DNA from: a virus
Taxonomy: Duplodnaviria > Caudoviricetes
Strand: one strand, 5' to 3'
Virus record (IMG/VR): IMGVR_UViG_3300044643_000090
Location: 1-58,934 of that record
DNA: 58,934 nt
The notes under the pieces were generated by a model, which saw only the letters and a program-made list of their open reading frames with translations, made no database searches and had not been told where the DNA came from. Within the stretch, counting starts at the first letter, position 1; each line of letters starts with the position of its first letter. A program made the translations under genes and the position numbers. Positions 9,702 to 19,120 of this stretch are shown here, piece after piece.

Positions 9702-11675
9702 TTACTGCCTGTCGTTGTTAAGATACTCTATGGTAATAGCATCCAAAGAGAAGGGGGGTGTAATGCTCTCAAAAGCATACTGGAGACTGATAGTAAGCCC
9801 AGAACCAATCATCTGAGCAGAGAAGGAGTAGGTAAGTTTTCCACCATACTGAGCGGTTCCAAAGACAGCGGAGCCATAAAAGAAGGGACTGTCTGCTGTA
9901 TTCTCTAGCCCGATAGTTGGAGGCTGGATTGTACCTATCTGGTCGAAGTTTAACTTTGGTGCCACTGTGCCAGAAATAGAACCCTCTGGGTTGAGGTATG
10001 TTGTCAGTTTGTAGAAAGTCTTTCTTACTCTGGGATCAGTGAGTGGTAGGTGTGGGGTAAAGTACTGGGCACGGATAGCCTCACCATCAAAGCTGTTGCC
10101 AGACTCCATTCGGTAGGTGTAGCCATCTCTGTTTGCAAAAAGGACTCTTTCAGAGTTGTCTGCAGCGGAGTAGATACTGTCTGCAACGTAGGCCAAGATG
10201 CCGTTGACTTCAGCCCAAGCCATTCCTTGTGCAGTCTGGTCTACAAACTGTGTAGCAAGAACTCCAAGAGAAGTCTCAGGTGTTCTGCTTGCAGAATAGC
10301 CAAACATTCTGTACTGATTTTTACCACGGATCACGCAAGAAGTAAAGCTGGTATTCCCAGAAACGAGAGAGTCTACTTCAGATTGGATGGGACGAGAAGC
10401 CACAGCAAAACCAAAGTCACCAATACGATCCGTAGCACTCAGGAGTCTTACACCATCAGGACCAAGGAAAGCAATGTCGCCACCGACTTCCTGAATAGTG
10501 TCTGTTCTTACACAACCAATGTCCAGTGAGATGGGCTGTAGTTGGAAGTCTGCGATAGTGTTGCCCACCAGTCTGTGGATTTGGTTGGTACTGAAAATAA
10601 TCAGTTGCTCTCTAAAAACAATCAGACCAGTGATTACATGCGGTGTGGTAATAACGCCTGAACCGAGAGCGACAGAAAATTCAGTGTCTGTATAGGGTGC
10701 GGTAAATACAAGAGCGTTGTCTTTTGCAAAGAAGAGTTGGTTCTTGAACTCAGCAACATGAGTGGCACCAAGGATGTCTGATGGCGCACCAGTCATTACT
10801 GTAAAGGTAGTTCCATCATACTTGAATGGGTAGTTAGAGCCATCAACACCAGCAAGAGTAGAAGTCCCAGTAAAGGAGTAACGCTCAAACCGCATCTTAC
10901 CGCCGAGAGACCTGTCTGTACTCAGAAAGGTAATTGCAGCGTTGTTTGCAGGAGAAGAAGCCAGTGCGGGGGTAATGGTAAGAGTTGCCCCACCGGATGT
11001 CACTGTGACACTGCTGGTGATAGTGTAGACTTTTTGAATACCTGCAACAGTAAAGGTATCACCCTGTTGAGGGGTTCCAGTGAGACCATCAATGACGAGG
11101 CTTGTACCTGTTTGGCTTCCACCATTGACAAGGACAGTGCCGTAGACAGGCTTATTAATCCTAATCCAACCAGTGCCGTCTGATTCCCAGATGTTTCCAC
11201 CGCGAGACACCAAAGCTCTTTGACGATAGTAAACAATACCCTCTATCAGGCTCTGTGTGTTGGAAAAAGTTACTGCTGCCCTGTCTGCAGGGGAGGATGC
11301 CAAAGAAGCACTCAGCGTCAGGGTGGCATTCTTAGAGGTGCTGTTAAAAGTAACTTCGACAATAGTGTATGTCCCAGTCACACCTGCAACAGTAAAGGTA
11401 TTCCCGATGGCTGGGGTTTCAAAGATGTTTGCGATAACAAGAGTTGTGCCTGTCTGACCACTACCCTGTACAACAGGTTCACCATAAGGTGGAACAAAGG
11501 CACTGTCAAACTTAGTATAGCCCAGAATACGTTTATAACCACCCTCAATGGATGGCTCAAAGTTGTTCAATCGTCTGGCTGTTCCCGGTGCAGTAATACC
11601 CTGTTGGAGAGGAGAAATGTTTGTGACAAGACCCCCCTTAATTTCAATAGGAAAAGTTTCCCATGTCGTTGGCAT
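9702..11675 (-). CDS. Tail nozzle / tubular protein B-like
   Basis: Position after adaptor; [27 protein letters not shown]...[15 protein letters not shown]; beta-rich. Confidence 0.75.
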   Translation of the reverse strand: MPTTWETFPIEIKGGLVTNISPLQQGITAPGTARRLNNFEPSIEGGYKRILGYTKFDSAFVPPYGEPVVQGSGQTGTTLVIANIFETPAIGNTFTVAGVTGTYTIVEVTFNSTSKNATLTLSASLASSPADRAAVTFSNTQSLIEGIVYYRQRALVSRGGNIWESDGTGWIRINKPVYGTVLVNGGSQTGTSLVIDGLTGTPQQGDTFTVAGIQKVYTITSSVTVTSGGATLTITPALASSPANNAAITFLSTDRSLGGKMRFERYSFTGTSTLAGVDGSNYPFKYDGTTFTVMTGAPSDILGATHVAEFKNQLFFAKDNALVFTAPYTDTEFSVALGSGVITTPHVITGLIVFREQLIIFSTNQIHRLVGNTIADFQLQPISLDIGCVRTDTIQEVGGDIAFLGPDGVRLLSATDRIGDFGFAVASRPIQSEVDSLVSGNTSFTSCVIRGKNQYRMFGYSASRTPETSLGVLATQFVDQTAQGMAWAEVNGILAYVADSIYSAADNSERVLFANRDGYTYRMESGNSFDGEAIRAQYFTPHLPLTDPRVRKTFYKLTTYLNPEGSISGTVAPKLNFDQIGTIQPPTIGLENTADSPFFYGSAVFGTAQYGGKLTYSFSAQMIGSGLTISLQYAFESITPPFSLDAITIEYLNNDRQ

Positions 11676-11676
11676 A

Positions 11677-12399
11677 TTACCCAACCCGCATGTTGTTAGA
11701 AATGTTTCTCATAACACGGGTGTCTCTTACATAGTCATAACGATTGATGTAGAGGGTTCTCATGTCCTTAATGCCTTCCTCAAACTTTTGCAAGTGCAGG
11801 GTAGCATCCTGAGTGTTGCCACGGAAGGTGTACGCGTAGTACATAGCACCATCTACAATAACAGAGCGAAACTGTTCTGGCAGTGTGGGCACATCTGTGG
11901 CGTTAGTTAGATCGACTGAGATTCTGTAGTATTCGTACACCAACTCATATGCGTAGTTTGGTGCGGGATGAACCCCAAATTTCTGGTCGGGAGTTCTGAA
12001 CACTCTCTGGGGAAGGCTCCTGATGGAGGTATTTGCAGTGTTATACTCATCATCTACATAGTTTTCTAGGTAGTCTTCGTAAGAGATGATACGGAGCTTC
12101 TGGGTAGTGTTACTGAAAGTATCGTTACGCTTAACCCTGAAGGTGTCAAAGTCAATCGTCTTTGTGTCGCTGGGGTATGCGTATCTGATTGTACCGGGAG
12201 TCAGGGTTACCTCTTGCAACACGTGGTTGAAGGGCCACTCAAACTGACTCTGACCAATGTACTGAATGGCAGAGTTAATGGAGTCTTTAGCGGAAGAATA
12301 GAAGCCAACAGCAGAAGCAAAGTTGCTGGATGTCAACTCTACTTCATTGAGCCTACGATTTACATCATTCACAAGGCCAAGAAAATTGTAAGCTGACAC
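11677..12399 (-). CDS. Head-tail adaptor / tubular protein A-like
   Basis: FL.LVN.V.RRLNEV..., EWPF, P.P...Y...YEY, P.LPEQF..VIVDGA; synteny. Confidence 0.75.
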   Translation of the reverse strand: MSAYNFLGLVNDVNRRLNEVELTSSNFASAVGFYSSAKDSINSAIQYIGQSQFEWPFNHVLQEVTLTPGTIRYAYPSDTKTIDFDTFRVKRNDTFSNTTQKLRIISYEDYLENYVDDEYNTANTSIRSLPQRVFRTPDQKFGVHPAPNYAYELVYEYYRISVDLTNATDVPTLPEQFRSVIVDGAMYYAYTFRGNTQDATLHLQKFEEGIKDMRTLYINRYDYVRDTRVMRNISNNMRVG

Positions 12400-12419
12400 G
12401 TTGCCTATCCTTCACAGAT

Positions 12420-12451
12420 AAAAGTGAAGGGTGCCCCCTAGAGGACACCCT
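12420..12451 (-). terminator. Intrinsic terminator-like hairpin
   Basis: AGGGTGTCCTC-TA-GGGGGCACCCT then TCACTTTT on - strand. Confidence 0.55.
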
Positions 12452-12461
12452 AATGTTTTAA

Positions 12462-12950
12462 TTATGCGAGAGTGTCGCGGTCAACTTCTGCAGCGGTTTT
12501 ACGTGCATCAATGTCCATCAGAACTGCGAACACACGAACCACACCCGAGGTCGGGGCAGTCGTAGCGGTGGCAATCGTCAGGTCAATGGTGTCAGCAGTA
12601 CCACCAACCACGAGGGGCTGGAAGGCAGCAGCGTTCTGAGCGTAAGCGCCAGCAGCAGCAGCGTCAAGGTCGAAACCGTCAACAAAAACGTCAGCATCCG
12701 CACCAGTGCCGAGGTCCAGAGTGTTGTCGTTCGACTCACCACCAGCAGCGGTGATAACCTCGAAGCCAGCATTCAGGATCATGGTATTGGTGGGGACCGA
12801 GATAGCTTCGATCACGTCCGTAGCAGCCAGAGCCGAACCCTTGGCGGTAGCAGCGGCAGCGAAGTCAATCAAGACTTCTTTGAAGTAGGGCATACGACCA
12901 GCGGTGAAACCATCCACCGAGCCACGAGCCAGAGTAGTAATAGTAGCCAT
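12462..12950 (-). CDS. Putative capsid decoration / minor structural protein
   Basis: Directly after capsid gene, AGGA RBS, Ala/Thr-rich beta protein. Confidence 0.65.
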   Translation of the reverse strand: MATITTLARGSVDGFTAGRMPYFKEVLIDFAAAATAKGSALAATDVIEAISVPTNTMILNAGFEVITAAGGESNDNTLDLGTGADADVFVDGFDLDAAAAGAYAQNAAAFQPLVVGGTADTIDLTIATATTAPTSGVVRVFAVLMDIDARKTAAEVDRDTLA

Positions 12951-12978
12951 AATAGAATCCTTTCCTAAGAGCTATGGC

Positions 12979-13006
12979 AGAGGAAGGTGCCCCGAGAGGG
13001 ACACCC
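12979..13006 (-). terminator. Terminator-like hairpin after major capsid gene
   Basis: GGTGTCCC-TCTC-GGGGCACC followed by TTCCTCT (weak U tract). Confidence 0.5.
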
Positions 13007-13022
13007 TAAGTTCACCTACCAA

Positions 13023-14099
13023 TTAGGCGAGGTTATAACGGGCAACCGTCAGAGCTTCCGGGCGCAGAATCTTACGACCGTACAGGTGCATACCACGCAC
13101 GATGTCAGCGAACGAGTCCGGGTCACGGTAGGTCTCGGTCTTGTTGATCTGCTCAGCGGTAGCCACTGCCGAGTCATGACCAGCAACGATCACACCGTAG
13201 TTCGTGGACTGAGCGCTGGAGTTACCCACGAAGGACGAACCGCTACCGACCTGCGGCAGGTTGTTCGACACGTAGACGCGGAAGCCATTCCAGTTCGTCA
13301 GAACCAGACCGTTACGCAGAGCACCCGACTCGCCCTGATCTGCATTCAGGAAGCGCGAATCTTCATCCATCAGGACTTCCATCATCACGGGATCAATCAC
13401 CAACCAACGGCCAGACTTGTCCACGTTCTGCTGGTCGAGCAGACGGCCCATGCGGTTAATCAGCATGACGGGCGAGACGTGAGTGGTCGGAAGCGAGGAA
13501 GCACCCGGAAGACGAGCAGCAACCGGGATCGAGTCCCCAGCGCTACCAGCCGTGGTGATGTTGCCGAACGAGGGGCGCGAGAGCTTCATCGAAGTCAGCA
13601 GTTCGTCCGAGCCAGCCGTGGTGATAGCTTTGGTGCCATTCACAACGTCATTCACGGTACCAGCATTGGTGTGCAGAGCGGTCTGCTTGTAGCCCGACAG
13701 GTAGCCCAGAACTTCTTGGTCATGCTGGTCAGCCAAGCGGTAAGCCGCACGGTTGGTAGCAAGGTCCATGAAGTTGACGTGCGAGTGAGCTTCTTCGATG
13801 TCATCAACTTTGAAGGCGAAGTAGTTGGCCTTGTCGATAACCAGCGAGAAGTCTTCGTCGTCGAGGTCTTGAGCTTGAATCTGGGTGCCACGAGCATAGG
13901 CCGAGACCGAGATTTCCGGTTCTTTGATGATACGGACGGTATCACCCTGAGCCGAGATTTCACCGAAGTAATCCGAGTTAGTGATGTCACCAACCACAGT
14001 TGCTTTACGGAGAGCGAGTTGAACTTTCTTCGAGTAGATGACCGAAGAGAAGTTACCATTGGGAAGCGAGCCGTAGCCCGATGCAGTTTGAAAAGCCAT
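13023..14099 (-). CDS. Major capsid protein (358 aa)
   Basis: Start at MAFQTASGY after AAGGAG; LPNGNFS.VIYSKK, DYFGEI...GDTVRIIKEP, YFAFKVDDIE, RDPDSFADIVRGMHLYGRKILRPE. Confidence 0.92.
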   Translation of the reverse strand: MAFQTASGYGSLPNGNFSSVIYSKKVQLALRKATVVGDITNSDYFGEISAQGDTVRIIKEPEISVSAYARGTQIQAQDLDDEDFSLVIDKANYFAFKVDDIEEAHSHVNFMDLATNRAAYRLADQHDQEVLGYLSGYKQTALHTNAGTVNDVVNGTKAITTAGSDELLTSMKLSRPSFGNITTAGSAGDSIPVAARLPGASSLPTTHVSPVMLINRMGRLLDQQNVDKSGRWLVIDPVMMEVLMDEDSRFLNADQGESGALRNGLVLTNWNGFRVYVSNNLPQVGSGSSFVGNSSAQSTNYGVIVAGHDSAVATAEQINKTETYRDPDSFADIVRGMHLYGRKILRPEALTVARYNLA

Positions 14100-14214
14100 A
14101 GTGTATCTCCTTTGCATGGCTATTTGTTGAGCACTTTCGTGCAAAACGATATAACCACCTTAAGAGGCCAATTGCATTTGGGGTGTCAAAGAAGGGATCA
14201 GCTTCTTGAGGCCC

Positions 14215-14616
14215 TTACTCTTGGGTAATCTCAGATTTGTTATTCGTTATCTTCTCGCAAAGAGACAAGAAAAATTCTTCTGAAAACTCTTGTTTCATGC
14301 GATTCACAGAAGCGGATACCAATTGCAGGTTGCCTTTGACGTATCCTTGCTTACTGTCTTTTCGATCAAGCGAGATAGTGTGCGGGTGGTTAATCTCTGT
14401 GGAGAGAGGCAATCCGCTATAAATGCACTTGCCGTTTTGATTGCACCAAATGTCAAAAAGGTATTCCCAATCGACATCCGGGTCAAATTCTTTTGTCCTG
14501 AGTCTTGCTTTTGTGACAAGGTTCTTTAGCTTAGAGAAGAGTGCGAGGTCTTCGTCAGAAAATCTCTCTTTCCACCACAAGCTACTGAATCTAGTATCCC
14601 TACCACTGACAAGCAA
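14215..14616 (-). CDS. Free-standing HNH-type (homing) endonuclease
   Basis: CIYSGLPL...SLDRKDSKQGYVKGN.QLV...NRMK; TTG start after CAGGAG; AT-rich. Confidence 0.8.
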   Translation of the reverse strand: MLVSGRDTRFSSLWWKERFSDEDLALFSKLKNLVTKARLRTKEFDPDVDWEYLFDIWCNQNGKCIYSGLPLSTEINHPHTISLDRKDSKQGYVKGNLQLVSASVNRMKQEFSEEFFLSLCEKITNNKSEITQE

Positions 14617-14676
14617 AATCAAACTCCTGAACAAATAGCTATGGGTGTCACTAAGAGGCCACAGCTATTTGAGGTA

Positions 14677-14704
14677 GTTATATGAAGAAGTCCTTACTTG
14701 TCAA
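14677..14704 (-). promoter_or_regulatory. Sigma70-type promoter TTGACA-N16-TATAAC
   Basis: Near-consensus hexamers upstream of HNH/capsid genes. Confidence 0.65.
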
Positions 14705-14707
14705 GAA

Positions 14708-15565
14708 CTATCTTGCACCGCCAGAGAGATCGTACACAAAATTACCCTTACGGATAGCTTCCATGATCTTGCCCTCATTCTTGGCGTATTCATCCATGTT
14801 CATCTTAGCAACACGGGATTCGTAAATTTTCTCACCGTCCTTATCAAAGTCCACATTGGCTTTGGTCTTAGTTGGGATGAGAGACGCAGCTTCCTTGTTT
14901 TTTGCTTTGAGGGCCGAGGGAGTAAGACCCTTATCAACCTTATAGAGATCAAGAACACGGACTACTGCACGGGCATCTTCTTCGTTCTCGTAGAGGGCGT
15001 CCTGAACCCACTTGGGTTGTTCTTCTGCCCAATCATGGAACTCGTCAGACTTACGAAGAGCATCAAAATCAGGGTGAGACACTCGGATAGCATCAAGAGC
15101 TTTATTCCGTGTAGCCTCAACAGATAACTTCTCATACTCATCAAACTTATTCTTGTACTTCGAGAGCTTTTCTTCTGCTTTCTTAGTTGCAATTGTTTCA
15201 ACAATAGAGGCAACGTCAGGGTACTTTCTTGCCCAAGCTGCAATATCTTCATCAGACTTTGGTGGCAAGATACGTGCACTGGGTGACACAGAGTTTTTCA
15301 ACTCCTCAAACTTTGCTTCCCACTCTTTTTCTTTTTCAGAAAGATGCCTACGCAGATCACCATAGCGCTTCTTAAAAGACTTCTCTTCCGGGTCGTTAGG
15401 TTCAGGCTCAGCCTCTTGGGACTTAACCCTTACTTCTTCCTTAGGCTCTTCTTCTGGGGCCATTGTTTTATTGATAAGCTCTTCAAGTTCTTTTTCTTCA
15501 GCTTCGATACGTTTACGGTTACGGCTGCTGAAAGAGGAATCAACGTAGACTTTAGTTACAGACAT
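14708..15565 (-). CDS. Capsid scaffolding protein
   Basis: Highly charged helical protein, FKKRYGDLRRH, HPDF, located between portal region and capsid. Confidence 0.8.
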   Translation of the reverse strand: MSVTKVYVDSSFSSRNRKRIEAEEKELEELINKTMAPEEEPKEEVRVKSQEAEPEPNDPEEKSFKKRYGDLRRHLSEKEKEWEAKFEELKNSVSPSARILPPKSDEDIAAWARKYPDVASIVETIATKKAEEKLSKYKNKFDEYEKLSVEATRNKALDAIRVSHPDFDALRKSDEFHDWAEEQPKWVQDALYENEEDARAVVRVLDLYKVDKGLTPSALKAKNKEAASLIPTKTKANVDFDKDGEKIYESRVAKMNMDEYAKNEGKIMEAIRKGNFVYDLSGGAR

Positions 15566-15614
15566 TCTTTATCCTTTATGTTGGGGCCAGCCTTAGCTGG
15601 GTAGCCTTATTGTT

Positions 15615-15643
15615 TGTATATCACAGTCTTGGTTAAGAGGCAA
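15615..15643 (-). promoter_or_regulatory. Putative promoter TTGCCT-N17-TATACA for scaffold gene
   Basis: Hexamer spacing on - strand, overlapping end of upstream gene. Confidence 0.4.
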
Positions 15644-18600
15644 GACCTTTTCTACTACGAACAGTTTTTTGGGGCTTGCTAATCAAACCACCCTCTGCAC
15701 GACGGGTTGCATTCGATCCGCCCTGACCATAATTACCAGAACCTACGTTACCGGGACCACCAGTACCTGTACCTCCACCGGGAGTACCACCAGACGTATT
15801 TCCGCTAGAACCTACATTACCGGGACCACCTGTTCCAAAGCCTCCGCCGGGAGTTCCACCAGAAGTTCCAGTACCTCCGGGCTTGTCTTTATCTTTATCT
15901 GCAACGGCAGCAGCAAGACCCGGATCAACTTTACCCTCGCCGTAACCCACACTGACGTTGGCACCCTTGTCAGAAGATTTAGAAGGTGTTGCAGTGGTTC
16001 CAGAAGGTTTACCTGCCAGACCTGTGCTGGGGGTTGTGTCAGTAGTTCTACTTAAAGCAGCAGAAGCATATCCAGTGCCTGTAGCTACAACACCAGTGCG
16101 AACAGCCATTCTTTGGGCAGCAGGAAGATCGTCAATCTTAGTCTCAATACGAGCCTCTAGGTCATTGTACTGAGTAGTACCTTTTAAACCTTGGGCTTCC
16201 ATTACTCCAAGAGCAGCCCTTGCTTCTGCAATGTTTTGTACTTCAGAAGTAGCACGTGTACCGAGACCCAGACCACCAAGAACAGCACCAACAGGCCCAC
16301 CGACAATAGCACCAGCAAGACCCAATCCTTTGCCGACAGTGGTACCTTTTTTGTCAGAGAGAGCATCTACGCCAAAGCTGTATGGGTCTGAAGTGATAGC
16401 TTCTGAGTTTTTCTCTGCCCACCTATCATAACTTAAAGACCCTTCGCCAGTGCTACCAGTCGTGGGAGTTTGATCCATATCTCTTCCACCACGTTCAACC
16501 TCTACAGGTTTTACACTAGGAATCTGGGTTGTAGGGGTCTGAGTACCACTCTGAAGCTGCTCTGCAAGGGCAGGGGTCCACGGAACAAACCCTTCAGGCA
16601 CAAGGCCCATTGGAATACCATTAAGGAACTGGACTGTTTTTTCTTCTCCAGTTGTGGGATTAATGTACTTGCGAGACTCAAAAGCACCTGAAGATTCTGG
16701 GAGAGTAAATTGAGTGCGGTCAAAAGTAGAAGTGCTGTCTCTTGTTAAGCCACCCTCTTGCATACCCATAGGGCCACCCATACCTTCAGGCATCTGGTAC
16801 ATGGTAGCTTGATCTTGGTAGGGGGTAGTAGCAGGCTGTTGAACCATACCACCGTAGGCCATTCCAGAGCCTCCCAGAACCTCATTCAACATCTGCTCTT
16901 CCTCAGGGGTAAGCTCTTCATCTTGGCTTTCCATGGGCACTCCCTGAGCGTTTACGGGGGTACCACCGATACGACCATCAGCTTCCATCTCCATCATGCC
17001 CTGCTTAGCCTGAGCACGAAGGTCTTCGAAGAATCTTACACCGTAGTAGCGCAACACGTCTGCAGGGATAACATACTCACCCTCAGAGAGTTTAACGTCA
17101 ATGTCATCACGCACTTCCGAAGCCAAGGAACCCGGAGGGATTTCGTTACCAGTGACAGGCTCACGGTTCATTCCGTCATCAGCCATGCCACCTTCTTGCA
17201 TCAGTCTATTCATTTGGTCATCCTCTACCATGCCACCTTGGGCAAATCTAACCTTTTGTGTTGCAGGGTCAAAATTAAAATCTGTGATATCTAACTCTTT
17301 TGCAGCCGAAGTTCTTTTTCCTGATTTTTGTGTCAAGTCCTTGTACTCAAGGTTGCGAGTCCCAACTTTAATTTTGTTTCCGTACTCACTGTTTAGGGTG
17401 TTTACAGCCTTTTTTACAGCATTTTCGTAAGTTGGTCTCAAAGCTTTTTTAGCAGCTTCAAACCCACCCTCAAAGTCCTCGGCCCTCAGTCTTGCAATTT
17501 CATCAAGATTAGGTATTACAAGCTTGTTCACACCTTCTTGTTTTGCCCTAGCAATGTTTGCAAGCAACAGGTTTTTTACGTAAGCTGAAGTGGATTCAAA
17601 GGGAATATCCTTAGGACTGTACCCAGCTTCTGCTTGTTTTAACTCTACTTGATAACCTGCAAAATCTTTTAAAGCATAGTCGATTTTAGATTCAAGATAG
17701 GTAAGGTCACCCTCTGATATATCAGAGTCTACAGCTTTTCTTAAAGCATCTTTATGTATTTGACCTACATCTCTTCCTTCAGCGGTAATTCCAAAAGTGT
17801 TTTTGTAAGCCTCTTTAAGAGCTGCTTTATCAAGGGTAGGTTTAAGTGCCTCTTTTTCAAAGAAATCAAAAACCCTTTCATTGTAACCTACCCTAGCGTC
17901 TAAGCCCAAAAAAGCTTTTATGTCACCTACGTTTTCCACCGGATCAGGGACAGAAAATGATTTTCCTACGCTTTGTAATGCGTCACTCTGAAGCTCATTA
18001 AGGACAAAATATTTTTCCCCGGAAGCGTCTACATGGGCAGTTGTGCGAGAGTGAGCCAAAGTTTCAGACCCAAAGTGCGTATTAACCTTACCCGGCAAAG
18101 CTTTTGCATCTAGGGTAATTTCAAAGTAGTCTGTCGGCTTGTCCACGTAGTTTTTAGGAATCTGTTGACCTTTAAAGATGGTTTTTTTACCGCTCCTAAT
18201 TTGTGCAACTGTACCTTCTAAACTGTACTCAAGATTTTCTAAGAGTTCTTCTCTGGAGTATTTTTTATCTGGGTCCAAATTCAAACGACTAAATTGAAGC
18301 TCTCCTTTAGAGACATTTGGTGCCCTTTTATTAAGGTATGCCATAATGTCTCTGCCACTCTTACCTTTAGCACCAATATCCATAGAACCGATTGCAGATA
18401 CAAGCGGACTATAAAAAGAGACAAGGTTGGGGTCTTCAGTGTCTTTAGGCTTAAAAAGGGGATTGATCTGAGATTTAGGTTTTGAAGGGCCAGCACCACC
18501 AGAACTCAGAATGGTATCGTCCAAAGGTTTACCAATGCGTGTGGCTGCACCTGTCATACTTACTGGGAGGACTTCTGAGAGGTCACCATATGTGGGGCTA

Positions 18601-18932
18601 TCACCAGAGGCAATCTTACGGAAAGGCTCATAGGCACTTTTTGCAGTCTCTTTTACAAACTCAGAAGTTTCTTCAAGGGAAGGCAGAGATGGGTCAGACA
18701 GATACTCTCCTACAGCCTTGGCTGCGGTTACAATAGGACGCTCTTGTGGTGTCTTGGTCTCTGGGTAGAGAGTGTACTCTTCTCCTGTCTTTGATCTATA
18801 GACAGTGCCGCCGATCTCATCAAAACCAACTACAGTGTCATCAGGGCCTGCAATCAGAGGGACGTTCTGTGCACTGATGTCTTTAATGCGGGTAAAGGGC
18901 AAACCTTTTTCTGTCTGTTCGTCTTCGGTCAT
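15633..18932 (-). CDS. Large multidomain virion-associated protein (1099 aa): AT-rich N-terminal passenger, DDIDVKLSEGEYVIPADV module, Gly-rich tail
   Basis: ORF between portal and scaffold; five [MFR][AQ]xGG motifs. Confidence 0.75.
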   Translation of the reverse strand: MTEDEQTEKGLPFTRIKDISAQNVPLIAGPDDTVVGFDEIGGTVYRSKTGEEYTLYPETKTPQERPIVTAAKAVGEYLSDPSLPSLEETSEFVKETAKSAYEPFRKIASGDSPTYGDLSEVLPVSMTGAATRIGKPLDDTILSSGGAGPSKPKSQINPLFKPKDTEDPNLVSFYSPLVSAIGSMDIGAKGKSGRDIMAYLNKRAPNVSKGELQFSRLNLDPDKKYSREELLENLEYSLEGTVAQIRSGKKTIFKGQQIPKNYVDKPTDYFEITLDAKALPGKVNTHFGSETLAHSRTTAHVDASGEKYFVLNELQSDALQSVGKSFSVPDPVENVGDIKAFLGLDARVGYNERVFDFFEKEALKPTLDKAALKEAYKNTFGITAEGRDVGQIHKDALRKAVDSDISEGDLTYLESKIDYALKDFAGYQVELKQAEAGYSPKDIPFESTSAYVKNLLLANIARAKQEGVNKLVIPNLDEIARLRAEDFEGGFEAAKKALRPTYENAVKKAVNTLNSEYGNKIKVGTRNLEYKDLTQKSGKRTSAAKELDITDFNFDPATQKVRFAQGGMVEDDQMNRLMQEGGMADDGMNREPVTGNEIPPGSLASEVRDDIDVKLSEGEYVIPADVLRYYGVRFFEDLRAQAKQGMMEMEADGRIGGTPVNAQGVPMESQDEELTPEEEQMLNEVLGGSGMAYGGMVQQPATTPYQDQATMYQMPEGMGGPMGMQEGGLTRDSTSTFDRTQFTLPESSGAFESRKYINPTTGEEKTVQFLNGIPMGLVPEGFVPWTPALAEQLQSGTQTPTTQIPSVKPVEVERGGRDMDQTPTTGSTGEGSLSYDRWAEKNSEAITSDPYSFGVDALSDKKGTTVGKGLGLAGAIVGGPVGAVLGGLGLGTRATSEVQNIAEARAALGVMEAQGLKGTTQYNDLEARIETKIDDLPAAQRMAVRTGVVATGTGYASAALSRTTDTTPSTGLAGKPSGTTATPSKSSDKGANVSVGYGEGKVDPGLAAAVADKDKDKPGGTGTSGGTPGGGFGTGGPGNVGSSGNTSGGTPGGGTGTGGPGNVGSGNYGQGGSNATRRAEGGLISKPQKTVRSRKGLAS

Positions 18933-19120
18933 TCTGCATTCACCTTGTCACGGAGTTTCATCAGGTTCTTCAAGGCTTGAATCTCTCCTTGAGTCCGGTA
19001 AATATCTACAGTGTCTGTGACCTGTTCGAGCTTCTTATAGCAGGCTTGGATTCTGTTGCCCAACTCCTGCTGGAAGTCAGTCCAGAGTTCTTTGTTGTTG
19101 ACGAAAGGCTTCAGGTTCAC
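18929..19120 (-). CDS. Small protein downstream of portal
   Basis: 63 aa, IYR.QGEI.AL..L..LR pattern; overlaps both neighbours by 4 nt. Confidence 0.7.
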   Translation of the reverse strand: MNLKPFVNNKELWTDFQQELGNRIQACYKKLEQVTDTVDIYRTQGEIQALKNLMKLRDKVNAE

